The notes under the pieces were generated by a model, which saw only the letters and a program-made list of their open reading frames with translations, was not told the origin of the DNA and did not search any database. Below are positions 8,034 through 18,345 of a DNA stretch of 64,000 nucleotides, in pieces; position 1 is the first letter of the stretch; each line of letters opens with the position of its first letter. Location: the sequence record OR352953.1; one strand, 5' to 3'. A program made the translations under genes and the position numbers. This DNA comes from Escherichia phage AV123.

Positions 8034-10613
8034 CTAGTGACAACTGGCCCATGAGTTACCAACATCGTAACCAGCAGTGAGAGGTACATTAAGATTGTAA
8101 TACTCACCAGCTTTATTAACAGCGATAGATGCTAATTCTCCAGCACGACTGTAGGCTGTAAACCAACCACCTTTTGGAGACTCATGTACGTTAGCCCAAA
8201 TCTTGCCAGTACGTTTCTCTTCCTCTTCTTTCCAGGCATTAACTTTATCCAAACATTCTTTATCAATTTTCTTTTGTTCATCTGGATCATCAACTTGAGT
8301 CCAACCTAAAGATTCTTTAGAGAACCATTTAAAATGCACCAGATCACGAGTTACTTCAAGCTGTGCTTCATCGTGATATGCAATCATTTGTTGAACGAAT
8401 GACTTATTTTTCCAGTCATCAACAAAAAAGTCAACAGCTAATCCTTCTTCTTCGATAAGATCGTCGTAGATAACCATTGCTCTTTTTGCACAAATAACAC
8501 CACCACTCTGGAACAGAGAGTTAAGTATTGCGTGTGCAGATCGTGTAGGTACTTTTCTACCATCAATACCAAGAATGTATTTCTTACCTGTTTTAACCCA
8601 AAAATCATGCAGACGTTCTTTAAGAAGCGCAAGAGGTTTTGCAGCTTCCCAGAAAGCATCGTATACAAGCTGTCCTGTATACATATCACTACCTATAGTT
8701 TTTGCTACTTTTGCAGCTTGAGCACCATAAGTAATACCATACTTAACAGATTTAGCAGGGCTTCGTTCAAACTTACGACCAATAGTGTCAGAAATACGTC
8801 GAGCCATCATTGTATGAACATCATTAGGTTTTTCCAATAACAGAGCATTACAATATTCGTGTGGTTCCTGCTCGTACCGCCAACAGTAGTGTGATTCTAT
8901 TTTTGCCTCAAGAGAATCAAAGTCATAACCAATTTGGAAATATTTTGGAACTTCTACACCAAATAAGTTACGCATTTCATATCCGTACAGAGATGTTACA
9001 CGTGGGATATTTGCTACTAACCTATGTTTCATACGAGACGTAGCTGCATCACACGTTGCAGCAGGAGTTGGTATACGACCATCAGCCCTTACTGCCGCCA
9101 GATAACCTTTATCGTAATCCTCTTCATCTTCTTCCCAATCAGCACCACCCCCTAGGATAGAGTTTCTACGATGTTTATACGTAAGATACTGCACAATCTG
9201 CGTAGCATAAGGAAACTTTTCACCTAGTGCTTCCAAGTTAGGACAAATATCCTTCTCTTGCCCTTTTGTAAAGGAAGGGTTAGTAAGCACTTTAACACCA
9301 CGACCTTTAGCTTTAGCAATACGATCTCTTAGTTTCCATTCCAAAGTTTCTGGTGTGCACTCCAGATGATCACATCTGTCCTGGCAGAAGTTAGATGCTA
9401 ATGTTTGATCAACATAGTCACGAATAGCTTTCTCCATTTGTGCTTCATCTTTCTTAATCTTAGTGCCAGATTTAAGAGTGATATCTTTATCTTTATATTC
9501 AGATGGACTCCAACCTAAACCAACCAGCCAATTTTTAATATGCGTAGTGTCGTCTAAAGTAGCAGGTACTGTAGGATCACAAATAGGTTCCTCTGCTGGA
9601 ATAGGGAGTTTAAACTCTTTACCTAATGCAAATAACCACCAACCATCTTCTTTTTGTACAAGTTCACCAGAATGTTTCTCTGCAAACTTTACCATGTTAC
9701 TTGAAGGTTCACCATTCTTTTTAAACTGTAGTTTAGGTGGAATGAATGATTTCAAATAACCTTTAGTAGCAGGTTTAGGAGGTAGCACAGGTTCTGCCTC
9801 TAAACGACATGCTTCCATTCGAGCATCCAGATCACGAATATTATCTTCTGCTTGTTTCATATTGAAAGCAAAGCCACGGTGCTCTTGACGTGTAATAATA
9901 TCAGCTACACGTTGTTCTAAGTTAAATGGTTCAGACCACTTACTATAATCACCCCACTCTTCCATCAAATAACGGAACACTGCGGTGTTAGCTTTGTTAT
10001 CGTAAATACAGTAATACAGCATATCTGCTGCAAATGTTCTAAATCTTTCAGCTTCAGGAATGTTTTTTCTGAAATCAATTTTAACATCCCCTCCAGCCTT
10101 CTTAGATAACTCTGCCAGACTATGACCACCGAAGCGATCAGGGTTTAGTGTCTTACTTAAGATCATAGTATCACAAATTTCAATGTTACTATTACCCCAA
10201 GTATTGTACTTAACACTGTAGTTGAGTTTAAAAAATAATTTAATTGCCAGTAAGTCGAAGTTAATGATGTTGTGTCCAACTACTTTGGTAATTTTATAGT
10301 TTGAATTACCTTTAAATTTACCTGTTCCATTTACAAAATCAGGAAAATCTTTAAGAGGGAAATGGGTATATTCTAAATGCTCATATTCCTCCAGTCGGTA
10401 TTCATACTTTCCGTCAGTCTCAACATACGGACGACCATCGAAAAGATATTTATCACCATCATGGAAAGCAATAATCTCTCCAGTATCATGACTTTCGCAC
10501 ACAATACAGTGCATTGCAAAACTATCTTTTAAACGATATGGACTTGCCAAGTAATCTACACTTTCGTCATTAAGCAAGTTGTTACTTTCAATGTCGAAAG
10601 TAAAAGCTCCCAT
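8034..10613 (-). CDS. Family A DNA polymerase
   Basis: AGGAGGG RBS; motif A-like DFDSLEAKI, motif B-like RSPAKSVKYGITYG, motif C YHDE; 859 aa. Confidence 0.85.
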   Translation of the reverse strand: MGAFTFDIESNNLLNDESVDYLASPYRLKDSFAMHCIVCESHDTGEIIAFHDGDKYLFDGRPYVETDGKYEYRLEEYEHLEYTHFPLKDFPDFVNGTGKFKGNSNYKITKVVGHNIINFDLLAIKLFFKLNYSVKYNTWGNSNIEICDTMILSKTLNPDRFGGHSLAELSKKAGGDVKIDFRKNIPEAERFRTFAADMLYYCIYDNKANTAVFRYLMEEWGDYSKWSEPFNLEQRVADIITRQEHRGFAFNMKQAEDNIRDLDARMEACRLEAEPVLPPKPATKGYLKSFIPPKLQFKKNGEPSSNMVKFAEKHSGELVQKEDGWWLFALGKEFKLPIPAEEPICDPTVPATLDDTTHIKNWLVGLGWSPSEYKDKDITLKSGTKIKKDEAQMEKAIRDYVDQTLASNFCQDRCDHLECTPETLEWKLRDRIAKAKGRGVKVLTNPSFTKGQEKDICPNLEALGEKFPYATQIVQYLTYKHRRNSILGGGADWEEDEEDYDKGYLAAVRADGRIPTPAATCDAATSRMKHRLVANIPRVTSLYGYEMRNLFGVEVPKYFQIGYDFDSLEAKIESHYCWRYEQEPHEYCNALLLEKPNDVHTMMARRISDTIGRKFERSPAKSVKYGITYGAQAAKVAKTIGSDMYTGQLVYDAFWEAAKPLALLKERLHDFWVKTGKKYILGIDGRKVPTRSAHAILNSLFQSGGVICAKRAMVIYDDLIEEEGLAVDFFVDDWKNKSFVQQMIAYHDEAQLEVTRDLVHFKWFSKESLGWTQVDDPDEQKKIDKECLDKVNAWKEEEEKRTGKIWANVHESPKGGWFTAYSRAGELASIAVNKAGEYYNLNVPLTAGYDVGNSWASCH

Positions 10614-10680
10614 TCTCCCTCCTTAAAATATTTCTAAAGTCTTAATTTGTTAATACTGTACCATAAATTAATTGTTTTGT

Positions 10681-10699
10681 AAAGGGGCTTTCGCCCCTT
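10681..10699 (-). terminator. Hairpin terminator
   Basis: AAAGGGGCTTTCGCCCCTT. Confidence 0.55.
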
Positions 10700-10703
10700 C
10701 TTG

Positions 10704-11099
10704 TTATTTATTGTCAGCACTTAATTGTACTTTAATAAGGCAATTAGGGACACCATTGGTATTTCTCAAGCCTACACGGTCAATTTTAACTGTCCCTGTT
10801 AAGCCACTAAAAGTGGAAACAATGTTATTAATGTTTTCATCCTTACTAGCGATATCAAGAACAACTTTATCACTAACATTTTTCAGCATACGATCTACAA
10901 GCTCTCCCACAAAACCACTGGTAGTTTGAATGAGAAGGTATAGGCAACCATCCTCAAACCACAAATGTTCACCATAAGCATAACCATATGGTTCTAACTC
11001 CGATCCATCTTGAAATTTAAACTTAGCAACAGTTTTCGTATAATCATACCCTAACGCAGAAGGGGATACACCATAGAGGATATTTTCGTTGTCTTTCAT
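10704..11099 (-). CDS. Hypothetical protein
   Basis: Start moved to internal ATG (MKDNENIL) with AGGAGAG RBS, 11 nt downstream of primase stop; track ORF extended into the primase gene. Confidence 0.5.
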   Translation of the reverse strand: MKDNENILYGVSPSALGYDYTKTVAKFKFQDGSELEPYGYAYGEHLWFEDGCLYLLIQTTSGFVGELVDRMLKNVSDKVVLDIASKDENINNIVSTFSGLTGTVKIDRVGLRNTNGVPNCLIKVQLSADNK

Positions 11100-11109
11100 A
11101 TTTCTCTCC

Positions 11110-12882
11110 TTAATAAGAACCATCAGGAATATTCTCTGGGTTACTTGTATATTGATCGTAATCGTGAAGTGTAGCTGTTTTAATCTCATAGAAGAAACTA
11201 CCTGCTGCACCAGTCTCTGAGAACTCACGGTTCTTTAGAATGTAGCAATATGTACGGTTACGTTCCATAGGATCTTCAGCTTGTTTATCACGCTCCAGCG
11301 CAATTGTAATACCAGCACCTTTAGCAAGGAAGCTACTACCCATTGCATCATCTTCTACAATATGTTCATTACTATTGTTAGAAGACTTTTTAACGTGTGA
11401 AATTACAACAATGGTAATTGCGTACTCTTTCATAATGCGTTTCAGCCACGTCGCAAGTTCCTCTTGTTGTGACACGTCCATACCAGAAAGCAAATCAGAA
11501 TAAGGGTCGATAACAAGAATGGTTACTCCGAAATAAATAATCATTTCCAGAACCTTCTCTTTAATCACATCTACGTTAGCTCCACGATCATCACAAACAT
11601 AGAAACGTGGTGTTCCATCTTCTCGTTCGTAAAAATCACGAATCTTTTCTTCATTATCTTTTAAAATCTTTTCCTTCTCTTCTTTTGTTTTACGGTGAAG
11701 AGGGATATGCAAGAATGAAGACAGCAAGTTACGAGAATACTTCTTATACGTTGCCTCCAAAGATAAAATACCAAGAGTATGTTCTGGGTGTGCAAGAATA
11801 ATGTGTTTCGTAATCTCGTTAACCAACAGTGTCTTACCGATACTTGTTTTTGCAAGTATAACAGTAATTTCTTCTTCTACCAAGCCTCCACCTAACATAT
11901 TAGAAGCAACACGCATGAATGGAGGAAGGGTGATCATTTTAGCTTCCAGGCATTCCAGGGCTGCTTCATACAGTACGTTAGAAGCGTAAACACCAGCAGG
12001 TGTGTACAGTTTAGCTTTGAAAAAGCGATCAATAAAATGATCAATTTTTCCTTCTACTAGTGCCTGGTTAGGATCTTTAACATCCGTTAGTTCCATCACG
12101 TAAACTTTATTACGTGGTAAGATTTTAACACATTTCTCAACTGCTGCACGTCCAGCTTCATCATTATCCATACATAGAACAATCTTTTTAAATTGATCTA
12201 AGAATTTATAACGATGTTGAAGCTGCTTATGCAGAGATGTTTCGCCACAAGTACCAGATACTACAGCAGGAACAGGATATTTACCACCCTTATTATAATC
12301 TTTTAGCATCTGTGTTGCAGCCAGCATATCGTGTTCACCACCAACGATTAGAATAGTACCGCTGTGGTTACGATATTTAAACTCCCCAAAAAGATCACAA
12401 TCCTTTCCTGTTTCACCGATAGGATGCGAGAAATCTTTTGGATCGATACGTTGTTTATACCCAGCAATATTGTAATCTTTAGTTGTAGGGTATAGTGTTG
12501 AAATTACTTCGCCAGTAGCCTCATCGTACATATAGCGTACACCGAAAGGCTTAGAGATATCTTCACGAATACCACGATAACCTTTTGGATTAGTTCCAGT
12601 GCTGGCTTTTAGTTTATCATGTACTTCTTGATTAAACTCACTACCCAAGATATCCTCCTCTTCAATTTCTTCGCCGTGTGCATTTAACCATTTTTGATCA
12701 GGGATAGTAAAGCCACAAGAAAAACAATGTGCGCCTCGATGGTCTTCATCGGCATCTAAGCCATATACCATCAAATTGTTTTGTGATCGATCACGCCCTC
12801 CTTTCATACAACGAGGACACCCAGTATGTCCTTCTTGACTTAGATCAATGTTATACCCATATTTATTTACAACATAAGACAC
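11110..12882 (-). CDS. Primase-helicase (T7 gp4-like)
   Basis: GTG start after GGAGA; N-terminal Cys4 zinc ribbon (CPRC...CFSCGF), TOPRIM-like DNDEAG, DnaB-type Walker A AKTSIGKT. Confidence 0.85.
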   Translation of the reverse strand: MSYVVNKYGYNIDLSQEGHTGCPRCMKGGRDRSQNNLMVYGLDADEDHRGAHCFSCGFTIPDQKWLNAHGEEIEEEDILGSEFNQEVHDKLKASTGTNPKGYRGIREDISKPFGVRYMYDEATGEVISTLYPTTKDYNIAGYKQRIDPKDFSHPIGETGKDCDLFGEFKYRNHSGTILIVGGEHDMLAATQMLKDYNKGGKYPVPAVVSGTCGETSLHKQLQHRYKFLDQFKKIVLCMDNDEAGRAAVEKCVKILPRNKVYVMELTDVKDPNQALVEGKIDHFIDRFFKAKLYTPAGVYASNVLYEAALECLEAKMITLPPFMRVASNMLGGGLVEEEITVILAKTSIGKTLLVNEITKHIILAHPEHTLGILSLEATYKKYSRNLLSSFLHIPLHRKTKEEKEKILKDNEEKIRDFYEREDGTPRFYVCDDRGANVDVIKEKVLEMIIYFGVTILVIDPYSDLLSGMDVSQQEELATWLKRIMKEYAITIVVISHVKKSSNNSNEHIVEDDAMGSSFLAKGAGITIALERDKQAEDPMERNRTYCYILKNREFSETGAAGSFFYEIKTATLHDYDQYTSNPENIPDGSY

Positions 12883-12894
12883 ATGATTCTCCTA

Positions 12895-13164
12895 CTAAAA
12901 TGATTCGTTTGTCTCCATAATATATTGCATTTCCAAATCTTCCATATGTTTCTTAAATTGGTAAACAATTTCCGATGGGGAAATATCTATATCAAAAAGT
13001 TCTTTTGTGCCAGAATAAAACCTAATACCATCAACAATAAGACCACCATAATAATCCCAATCACTTTCTCGTGAGAAAGGATTAGGTTCTTCATAATAGT
13101 AATCTACTTCAACAATAATAGGTTCTTTATTATCTTGTTTATACTCAAAATCAAAAGTGTTCAT
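12895..13164 (-). CDS. Hypothetical protein
   Basis: ORF in operon, overlaps neighbour by 1 nt. Confidence 0.45.
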   Translation of the reverse strand: MNTFDFEYKQDNKEPIIVEVDYYYEEPNPFSRESDWDYYGGLIVDGIRFYSGTKELFDIDISPSEIVYQFKKHMEDLEMQYIMETNESF

Positions 13165-14108
13165 TATAAATCCTCGATAAGCAGTCTGCGGGTTTCATTT
13201 AAATCATCAATATTGTAGTTATCTCTTACATACTTAGCAAGAGCCAATCCTTTCTCAATACAAACATCAGGAGATTCGATTAAGTATTCTACAATATCTT
13301 TCCACTCTTTAACTGAATCAGCAAAGAAGATTAGGTCTTTAAATTCTTCAGTATAATAGTTCTCTCGTGGTGAACAAACGAGTGGCAAACCTTTAGCACC
13401 AGCTTCAAGAATTTTTAAATTACTTTTGGCATTATTAAAATGATTATTTACCAATGGAGCTATGGAGATTTGATGACCATCGTATGCTTCCATATAACAT
13501 TCATAAGGACGAATACCTTCATAAACACAATCTGGTTGAATATCTTCTTTAATTTGCAACCATTGAGCACTACTTAACTCTTCGTGATCTCTACGAAATC
13601 CACATAAAGTTAAATCTTTACCAAAATCAGGAAGAATTGCTAAATCATGTTTATGTGTTTCACTTCCCGCCCAAACTAGTGGACTTTTAGAATAACGGTC
13701 TTTCGTAAGAACAAACTGTCCTTCATCAAAAGGTAATCCGTTAGGCACAATATGTACATTATCATTGTATTGGCTTAATTCAACCTTTAATGCCGGAGTT
13801 GTTGTAGTTACAAGATCGCTTCTTTCAAGGAACCATTTTAGGTCATCTCGGATTTGATTTTCAAATAGTCCTTCAAGCATATGCCCTTCAGGAATAATTA
13901 AAGAATCATCCAGATCCATTACCAATTTAAACCCAAGTTGTTTAAGAGCCAGGAAACCTGGCTTTCCACGTGTTGGTACTCCATTGAACACAAAAATATT
14001 ATGCTTAGGATTAATTGTCAGTTTGCGTTTATATGGCAAAATGATTCTATGAAAATCACATACACTATACTTTTCATTTCCGCGTGTGTCAAGAATAATA
14101 TTAGGCAT
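13164..14108 (-). CDS. Glycosyltransferase (GT-B fold, GT4-like)
   Basis: C-terminal KILEAGAKGLPLVCSP matches the GT4 E-x7-E region; paralog of adjacent gene. Confidence 0.6.
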   Translation of the reverse strand: MPNIILDTRGNEKYSVCDFHRIILPYKRKLTINPKHNIFVFNGVPTRGKPGFLALKQLGFKLVMDLDDSLIIPEGHMLEGLFENQIRDDLKWFLERSDLVTTTTPALKVELSQYNDNVHIVPNGLPFDEGQFVLTKDRYSKSPLVWAGSETHKHDLAILPDFGKDLTLCGFRRDHEELSSAQWLQIKEDIQPDCVYEGIRPYECYMEAYDGHQISIAPLVNNHFNNAKSNLKILEAGAKGLPLVCSPRENYYTEEFKDLIFFADSVKEWKDIVEYLIESPDVCIEKGLALAKYVRDNYNIDDLNETRRLLIEDL

Positions 14109-14119
14109 ATAACTCCTTG

Positions 14120-15094
14120 TTAAAGACTTTCAATAACTTGACGACGCAGTTCATTGGCATCTGCAAGATTATAATTAAGACGAACGTGTTCTGCAAGCAT
14201 CATACCACGATCTTCTGTGTATCTAGGGTTCCTCATTAGCTTGACAACTTCATAATGCCAAGATGCTTTAGAATCTGCATAGATAACAGCCTTTGCATCT
14301 ACCGGATTGAAGTACGGCAGCACAGGAGAACAGATAATAGGAAGACCCTTTGCACCTGCTTCCAAAATCTTCAAATTGCTTTTACAGTTGTTGAAGTCAT
14401 TATCTACCAGGGGAGCAATTGCAATACTGTGACCGTCATACACAGACATATACTCACCTAAATTTTTAATAGCTGGTTTATACTGTGCATTTGGAATTTT
14501 ACGTTTTATTTTAACCCACTCCGCAGTAGTTAGATACTGACTGTTATTTCCAACAGGTGCAGAAGGATACACTTCATACCCTGCAATTGTCAATAGTGTA
14601 TCATCAAATGTATTAGCTACAAGAGATAAATCAGGTTCGTGGCTTGCTCCTCCAGCCCAGATAATAGGCGTGTCAGAATTACGGTCTTTTGTCAAAGTAA
14701 ATTGACCTTCGTCGTAAGGTAGTGCGTTTCTAATAACGACAACATTACGATTTAAATGACGAATTTTGTAAGCTAGGTATTCTGTTGTTACAGTAACAAC
14801 ATCTGCTAACTTGACCATCTCTACAATAGTCTTTGAGTGATTAGTAAATACGCCAGCCATATAATGTTCAGGATTAAGTGAATAAAAATCATCTAAATCA
14901 ACAATAATCTTAACACCTTGTGCCTTCAGGCGTTTAACCTCGTCTGCTCCACGAGAATACACTCTATTAAAAACTAAAACGTCTTTCTTAGGTTTAAACG
15001 TATTTCCAGCAAATGGCATTACAATACGATGGTAATCACAACCACTGCCTAACTTATTATCACACTTAAGTACAGGAGTATTAGGATTTACCAT
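14120..15094 (-). CDS. Glycosyltransferase (GT-B fold), tandem paralog
   Basis: KILEAGAKGLPIICSP and YDGHSIAIAPLVDNDFNNCKSN parallel the upstream gene; start set at internal ATG with GAGGAGG RBS. Confidence 0.6.
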   Translation of the reverse strand: MVNPNTPVLKCDNKLGSGCDYHRIVMPFAGNTFKPKKDVLVFNRVYSRGADEVKRLKAQGVKIIVDLDDFYSLNPEHYMAGVFTNHSKTIVEMVKLADVVTVTTEYLAYKIRHLNRNVVVIRNALPYDEGQFTLTKDRNSDTPIIWAGGASHEPDLSLVANTFDDTLLTIAGYEVYPSAPVGNNSQYLTTAEWVKIKRKIPNAQYKPAIKNLGEYMSVYDGHSIAIAPLVDNDFNNCKSNLKILEAGAKGLPIICSPVLPYFNPVDAKAVIYADSKASWHYEVVKLMRNPRYTEDRGMMLAEHVRLNYNLADANELRRQVIESL

Positions 15095-15767
15095 ATTTTT
15101 GAGCCTCCTCATAAGAGATAAAAGTTTTACCATTGCGAAGATCCTCCAGTGATTGTTTATATTGTTCCCAGTTTACACCAATCCCCTGTTCTTTCTCTTC
15201 TTTTGACAGATTCGCAAAAGGTAAAGGATTGTCTCCAAATACATCATCAGGATGGATAAACGCCATAATTCGAATAGGACATGGCACGCCTTGAATACCT
15301 CGGTTCAAACCTGCCAGTGGAACGCGATGAATCCACTCTGCATCTTCATATCCATAACCGTGGGTGTATGAGCGGAAATAGCCAGCTTTCTCAATAACTG
15401 CACGGGAATACATACCAAACTGGCACATACCTAGTTCCCAAATAACCACTTCCCCTTCAATACCTTTTACTTTATCTTTAAAGTATTCAGGCATACCAAA
15501 GAAATCCCAACCATTTTCCTTCGCCTGTTTTACAAAATATGTTTCCCAACCTTGAACAACAGGATAGCAATCATCATCAAAAATAAACCAGTAATCATAC
15601 CCTTCATCATAAAACTTTTTCATCAGTTCATTACGAGCATATGCAACACCTTTTCGTTCCCGATCATACTGTACAACAAAAGTAGCATTAGGATCAGTCA
15701 CAAGATAATCTTTAAGAGGACGCTTACCTACAGTAATAACACCAACACCAATTTTTGTATTTTCCAA
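15081..15767 (-). CDS. Putative GT-A-like glycosyltransferase
   Basis: TTG start after AAGGAG; WFIFDDDCYP DxD-type motif. Confidence 0.45.
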   Translation of the reverse strand: MENTKIGVGVITVGKRPLKDYLVTDPNATFVVQYDRERKGVAYARNELMKKFYDEGYDYWFIFDDDCYPVVQGWETYFVKQAKENGWDFFGMPEYFKDKVKGIEGEVVIWELGMCQFGMYSRAVIEKAGYFRSYTHGYGYEDAEWIHRVPLAGLNRGIQGVPCPIRIMAFIHPDDVFGDNPLPFANLSKEEKEQGIGVNWEQYKQSLEDLRNGKTFISYEEAQKYGKS

Positions 15768-15776
15768 AATAACTCC

Positions 15777-16340
15777 TTAAATAATTTTATTCATGTCTTG
15801 ACAATGTAAAAGGTGTGAAATAGCTTTTCTAGGATCATCATTACCTAAACGGTATGTGTGAAATAAGTATAACCCACGTAGTAAACCTAGCCTTTTATTG
15901 TTAGCGTGTAATGCTTTAGAGAAAATTATATCAAACTGTATTGACCTTTCCTCAAAAGGGATTTCATTCCACAGACTCTTACGAAAGAGAAGAAAGAATC
16001 CTGCTAAGATAGCATCTGTAGGTACTTCCTCTATTGAGTTTCCCCATTCTAGATGTGCTCTTTTTGCAATCTCAATGTGGTGTAATATATTCGGATCTTC
16101 ACTTCTTTCATTATTAAATAATTGATATGTTGATCCCAATCTGTTACAAGATGCACCAAGAACATCAAAATCAGGATTTGAACGGACAATTGATTCCAGC
16201 CAAGCAGGTTGTTCTGGAAGAAGAAACATTGTATCAATGTCTCTTAGGCAAATCCAACTATCTTCTGGTAAGACACTTATTGTGTCATTGATACCTTTTC
16301 CAATATCTCCAGAAAGATAGGGAGTTATGTGAAATATCAT
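15777..16340 (-). CDS. Putative nucleotide-sugar glycosyltransferase-like protein
   Basis: GGAGGGAG RBS; LRDIDTMF DxD-like motif. Confidence 0.4.
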   Translation of the reverse strand: MIFHITPYLSGDIGKGINDTISVLPEDSWICLRDIDTMFLLPEQPAWLESIVRSNPDFDVLGASCNRLGSTYQLFNNERSEDPNILHHIEIAKRAHLEWGNSIEEVPTDAILAGFFLLFRKSLWNEIPFEERSIQFDIIFSKALHANNKRLGLLRGLYLFHTYRLGNDDPRKAISHLLHCQDMNKII

Positions 16341-16397
16341 ACTCCCTCCGTATTATTACTTTAGCATTTTTAGACTAAAAAGTCCAAATGGTTTTAC

Positions 16398-16592
16398 CTA
16401 TTGATTACGTTTTGCGAGTTCCATTTGGATAGCTAAACTGTGATCTCGTGCTTCCATATACTCTTTATATGTTTCATTAAGATGATCACGACAAACATCA
16501 CGCAGTTTAATCAGTTTATCTGTAGGGATACCACTAAGATCATCCCAAGATTTTACAACTTCACCAGTATCATTGATCCCAATGGTTTTCAT
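16398..16592 (-). CDS. Hypothetical protein
   Basis: AAGGAGG RBS. Confidence 0.45.
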   Translation of the reverse strand: MKTIGINDTGEVVKSWDDLSGIPTDKLIKLRDVCRDHLNETYKEYMEARDHSLAIQMELAKRNQ

Positions 16593-16800
16593 CTACAACC
16601 TCCTTAATTGCTACAGCACAGTTTTTGCAGATACACTGCCCTTTACCTTTAGAAATCTGAATGTAAGGTTCATTTTCATTTTCGCCCTTACGTGAGTCAT
16701 ATATTACAGTATTGAAGCACACAACGCAAATATTTTTTAAGATTGTATACTTATCAACTTTCTTTTTTGTTTTAAAGTTAACTTCAATAACATCAGCCAT
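16570..16800 (-). CDS. Zinc-ribbon microprotein
   Basis: Start ATG overlaps upstream stop (TGATG); two CxxC pairs (CVVC...CKNC). Confidence 0.45.
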   Translation of the reverse strand: MADVIEVNFKTKKKVDKYTILKNICVVCFNTVIYDSRKGENENEPYIQISKGKGQCICKNCAVAIKEVVDENHWDQ

Positions 16801-17078
16801 CAGTGTAACACTCCCAGTATATTGCTTTGTGACATAACCATAGAACATTCAACATTATCGTGACTACGTGAAAAACGTTCCCAAACCTCTTCATCGACTC
16901 GTAAAGCTATACAAGGATAGACGTTATCATTGATCATTTCAATTGAATAAACATCCATATTGTCTTCGTCTTCGATGAACATCATTGCAAACTGTTCTAA
17001 ATGTTTCCTAATGTAATGTACATCCTCTTCTGTAAGACCAATAACAAGATAACTTGCAACGATAACGCCATCTTTCAT
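16800..17078 (-). CDS. Hypothetical protein
   Basis: ORF in operon. Confidence 0.45.
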   Translation of the reverse strand: MKDGVIVASYLVIGLTEEDVHYIRKHLEQFAMMFIEDEDNMDVYSIEMINDNVYPCIALRVDEEVWERFSRSHDNVECSMVMSQSNILGVLH

Positions 17079-17088
17079 CTATATCTCC

Positions 17089-17598
17089 TTAGCGATAAAA
17101 TTGATGTTCTTTGTAGCGGTACACTAGAACCATATCTTTTTCCCAGTGTGCTCTTATTGTAGATTTTTTAAAGTATAATGCTCCTTTTGTAATATCTAAT
17201 GCAATTCGTAATTCTGGAAAATGCGTATCGAGATAAAGTAGACGTTCTGCTATAGCCTTAGCTTCCTTCCACTTATCACGTTCCATAACGTTGAATGTCT
17301 TTGTGTAAGAGAATTGTCCTTTTTGAAACAAAACTTCTTTTATAGTATCAGGGAAATATGAATCTCTAGCCCTATTCAATACTACATTACCAACAGCAGA
17401 CATACCGCGCTTTCCTTGATTACGACTTTCTGCATAGATTGCACAAGCTAATAGATTTTCTTTACTATCACGCTTTGTACACTTGTGAACTACTTTAGCA
17501 GTTTTTACGTTTGCAGCTTCGGCTTGCGCCACAACAGGTGTAAATGTAAAAGCAGTTAAGGATAGTAACGCAATTGCGACAAAGGTTTTTATTGACAA
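17089..17598 (-). CDS. Secreted cell-wall hydrolase (SleB / Hydrolase_2-like), candidate endolysin
   Basis: TTG start after AGGAGG; N-terminal signal peptide ending AQAEA; AVGNVVLNRARDSYFPDTIKEVLFQKGQFSY resembles the SleB-type core. Confidence 0.6.
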   Translation of the reverse strand: MSIKTFVAIALLSLTAFTFTPVVAQAEAANVKTAKVVHKCTKRDSKENLLACAIYAESRNQGKRGMSAVGNVVLNRARDSYFPDTIKEVLFQKGQFSYTKTFNVMERDKWKEAKAIAERLLYLDTHFPELRIALDITKGALYFKKSTIRAHWEKDMVLVYRYKEHQFYR

Positions 17599-17660
17599 AC
17601 TTGCCTCCTATTTTGTTAAACGAACTTTTATTGTAACACAGAAGAGGCTGTTTTGCAAGT

Positions 17661-17680
17661 GGAGGGGGATAACCCCCCTC
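17661..17680 (-). terminator. Hairpin terminator
   Basis: GGAGGGGGATAACCCCCCTC. Confidence 0.5.
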
Positions 17681-17690
17681 TTACATTCTG

Positions 17691-18293
17691 TTAGATACTG
17701 TAAACCTTCGTATGAGTTACTACACCATCTTCTACAAAATCAATACGTTCTTGATCCGTAACTAGTGCAGACAATACTTTAAATTTAATTGTTACACGTT
17801 CAAAAGCTGGTTGACCATCTTTAAGATAATTATGTTCAGTTGTTACTGTCTTGTTTACAAAATCAACTTTTGCTTTACCGTTTTCGCGCAAGTGGAATGT
17901 TTTTCCTGCTTTATACACAATTTCAACATTACCTTCGAGAGTAATTCCTTCAAAAAGTTCACCCTCTTCTTCATTTTCTTCATTTTTGAACAGACGACGA
18001 AACTCTTCCATATCAAGATAAACAACATCTTCAGAATAACTATCAGTAAGGTATGTCTTACCATCCATTAACCCGAAATATTGCCAGATTGCAGAATAAA
18101 CATCACTAGTTGATCCAAGGGTTTCTCTGAGTTTAGTTCCACGGATTACTTCATAAACTTCAAAATTGAAACCAGACTGCAAAGCATTAAACAGTACATC
18201 ACTAACTTCTAAAGCATAATCTTCATTGTTGTCAATATCCACAAGAAAATTACCGCTGCGAATAAGTTTTTGACCTTCTAAAGTAATACCCAT
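17691..18293 (-). CDS. Hypothetical protein
   Basis: GAGGAGAA RBS; acidic 200-aa product. Confidence 0.5.
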   Translation of the reverse strand: MGITLEGQKLIRSGNFLVDIDNNEDYALEVSDVLFNALQSGFNFEVYEVIRGTKLRETLGSTSDVYSAIWQYFGLMDGKTYLTDSYSEDVVYLDMEEFRRLFKNEENEEEGELFEGITLEGNVEIVYKAGKTFHLRENGKAKVDFVNKTVTTEHNYLKDGQPAFERVTIKFKVLSALVTDQERIDFVEDGVVTHTKVYSI

Positions 18294-18322
18294 TGTTTTC
18301 TCCTCTTCTATTTAAAATATGC

Positions 18323-18338
18323 GCCCCGAAGGGCGCTA
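18323..18338 (-). terminator. Hairpin terminator
   Basis: GCGCCCCGAAGGGCGC. Confidence 0.5.
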
Positions 18339-18345
18339 TGATTTA

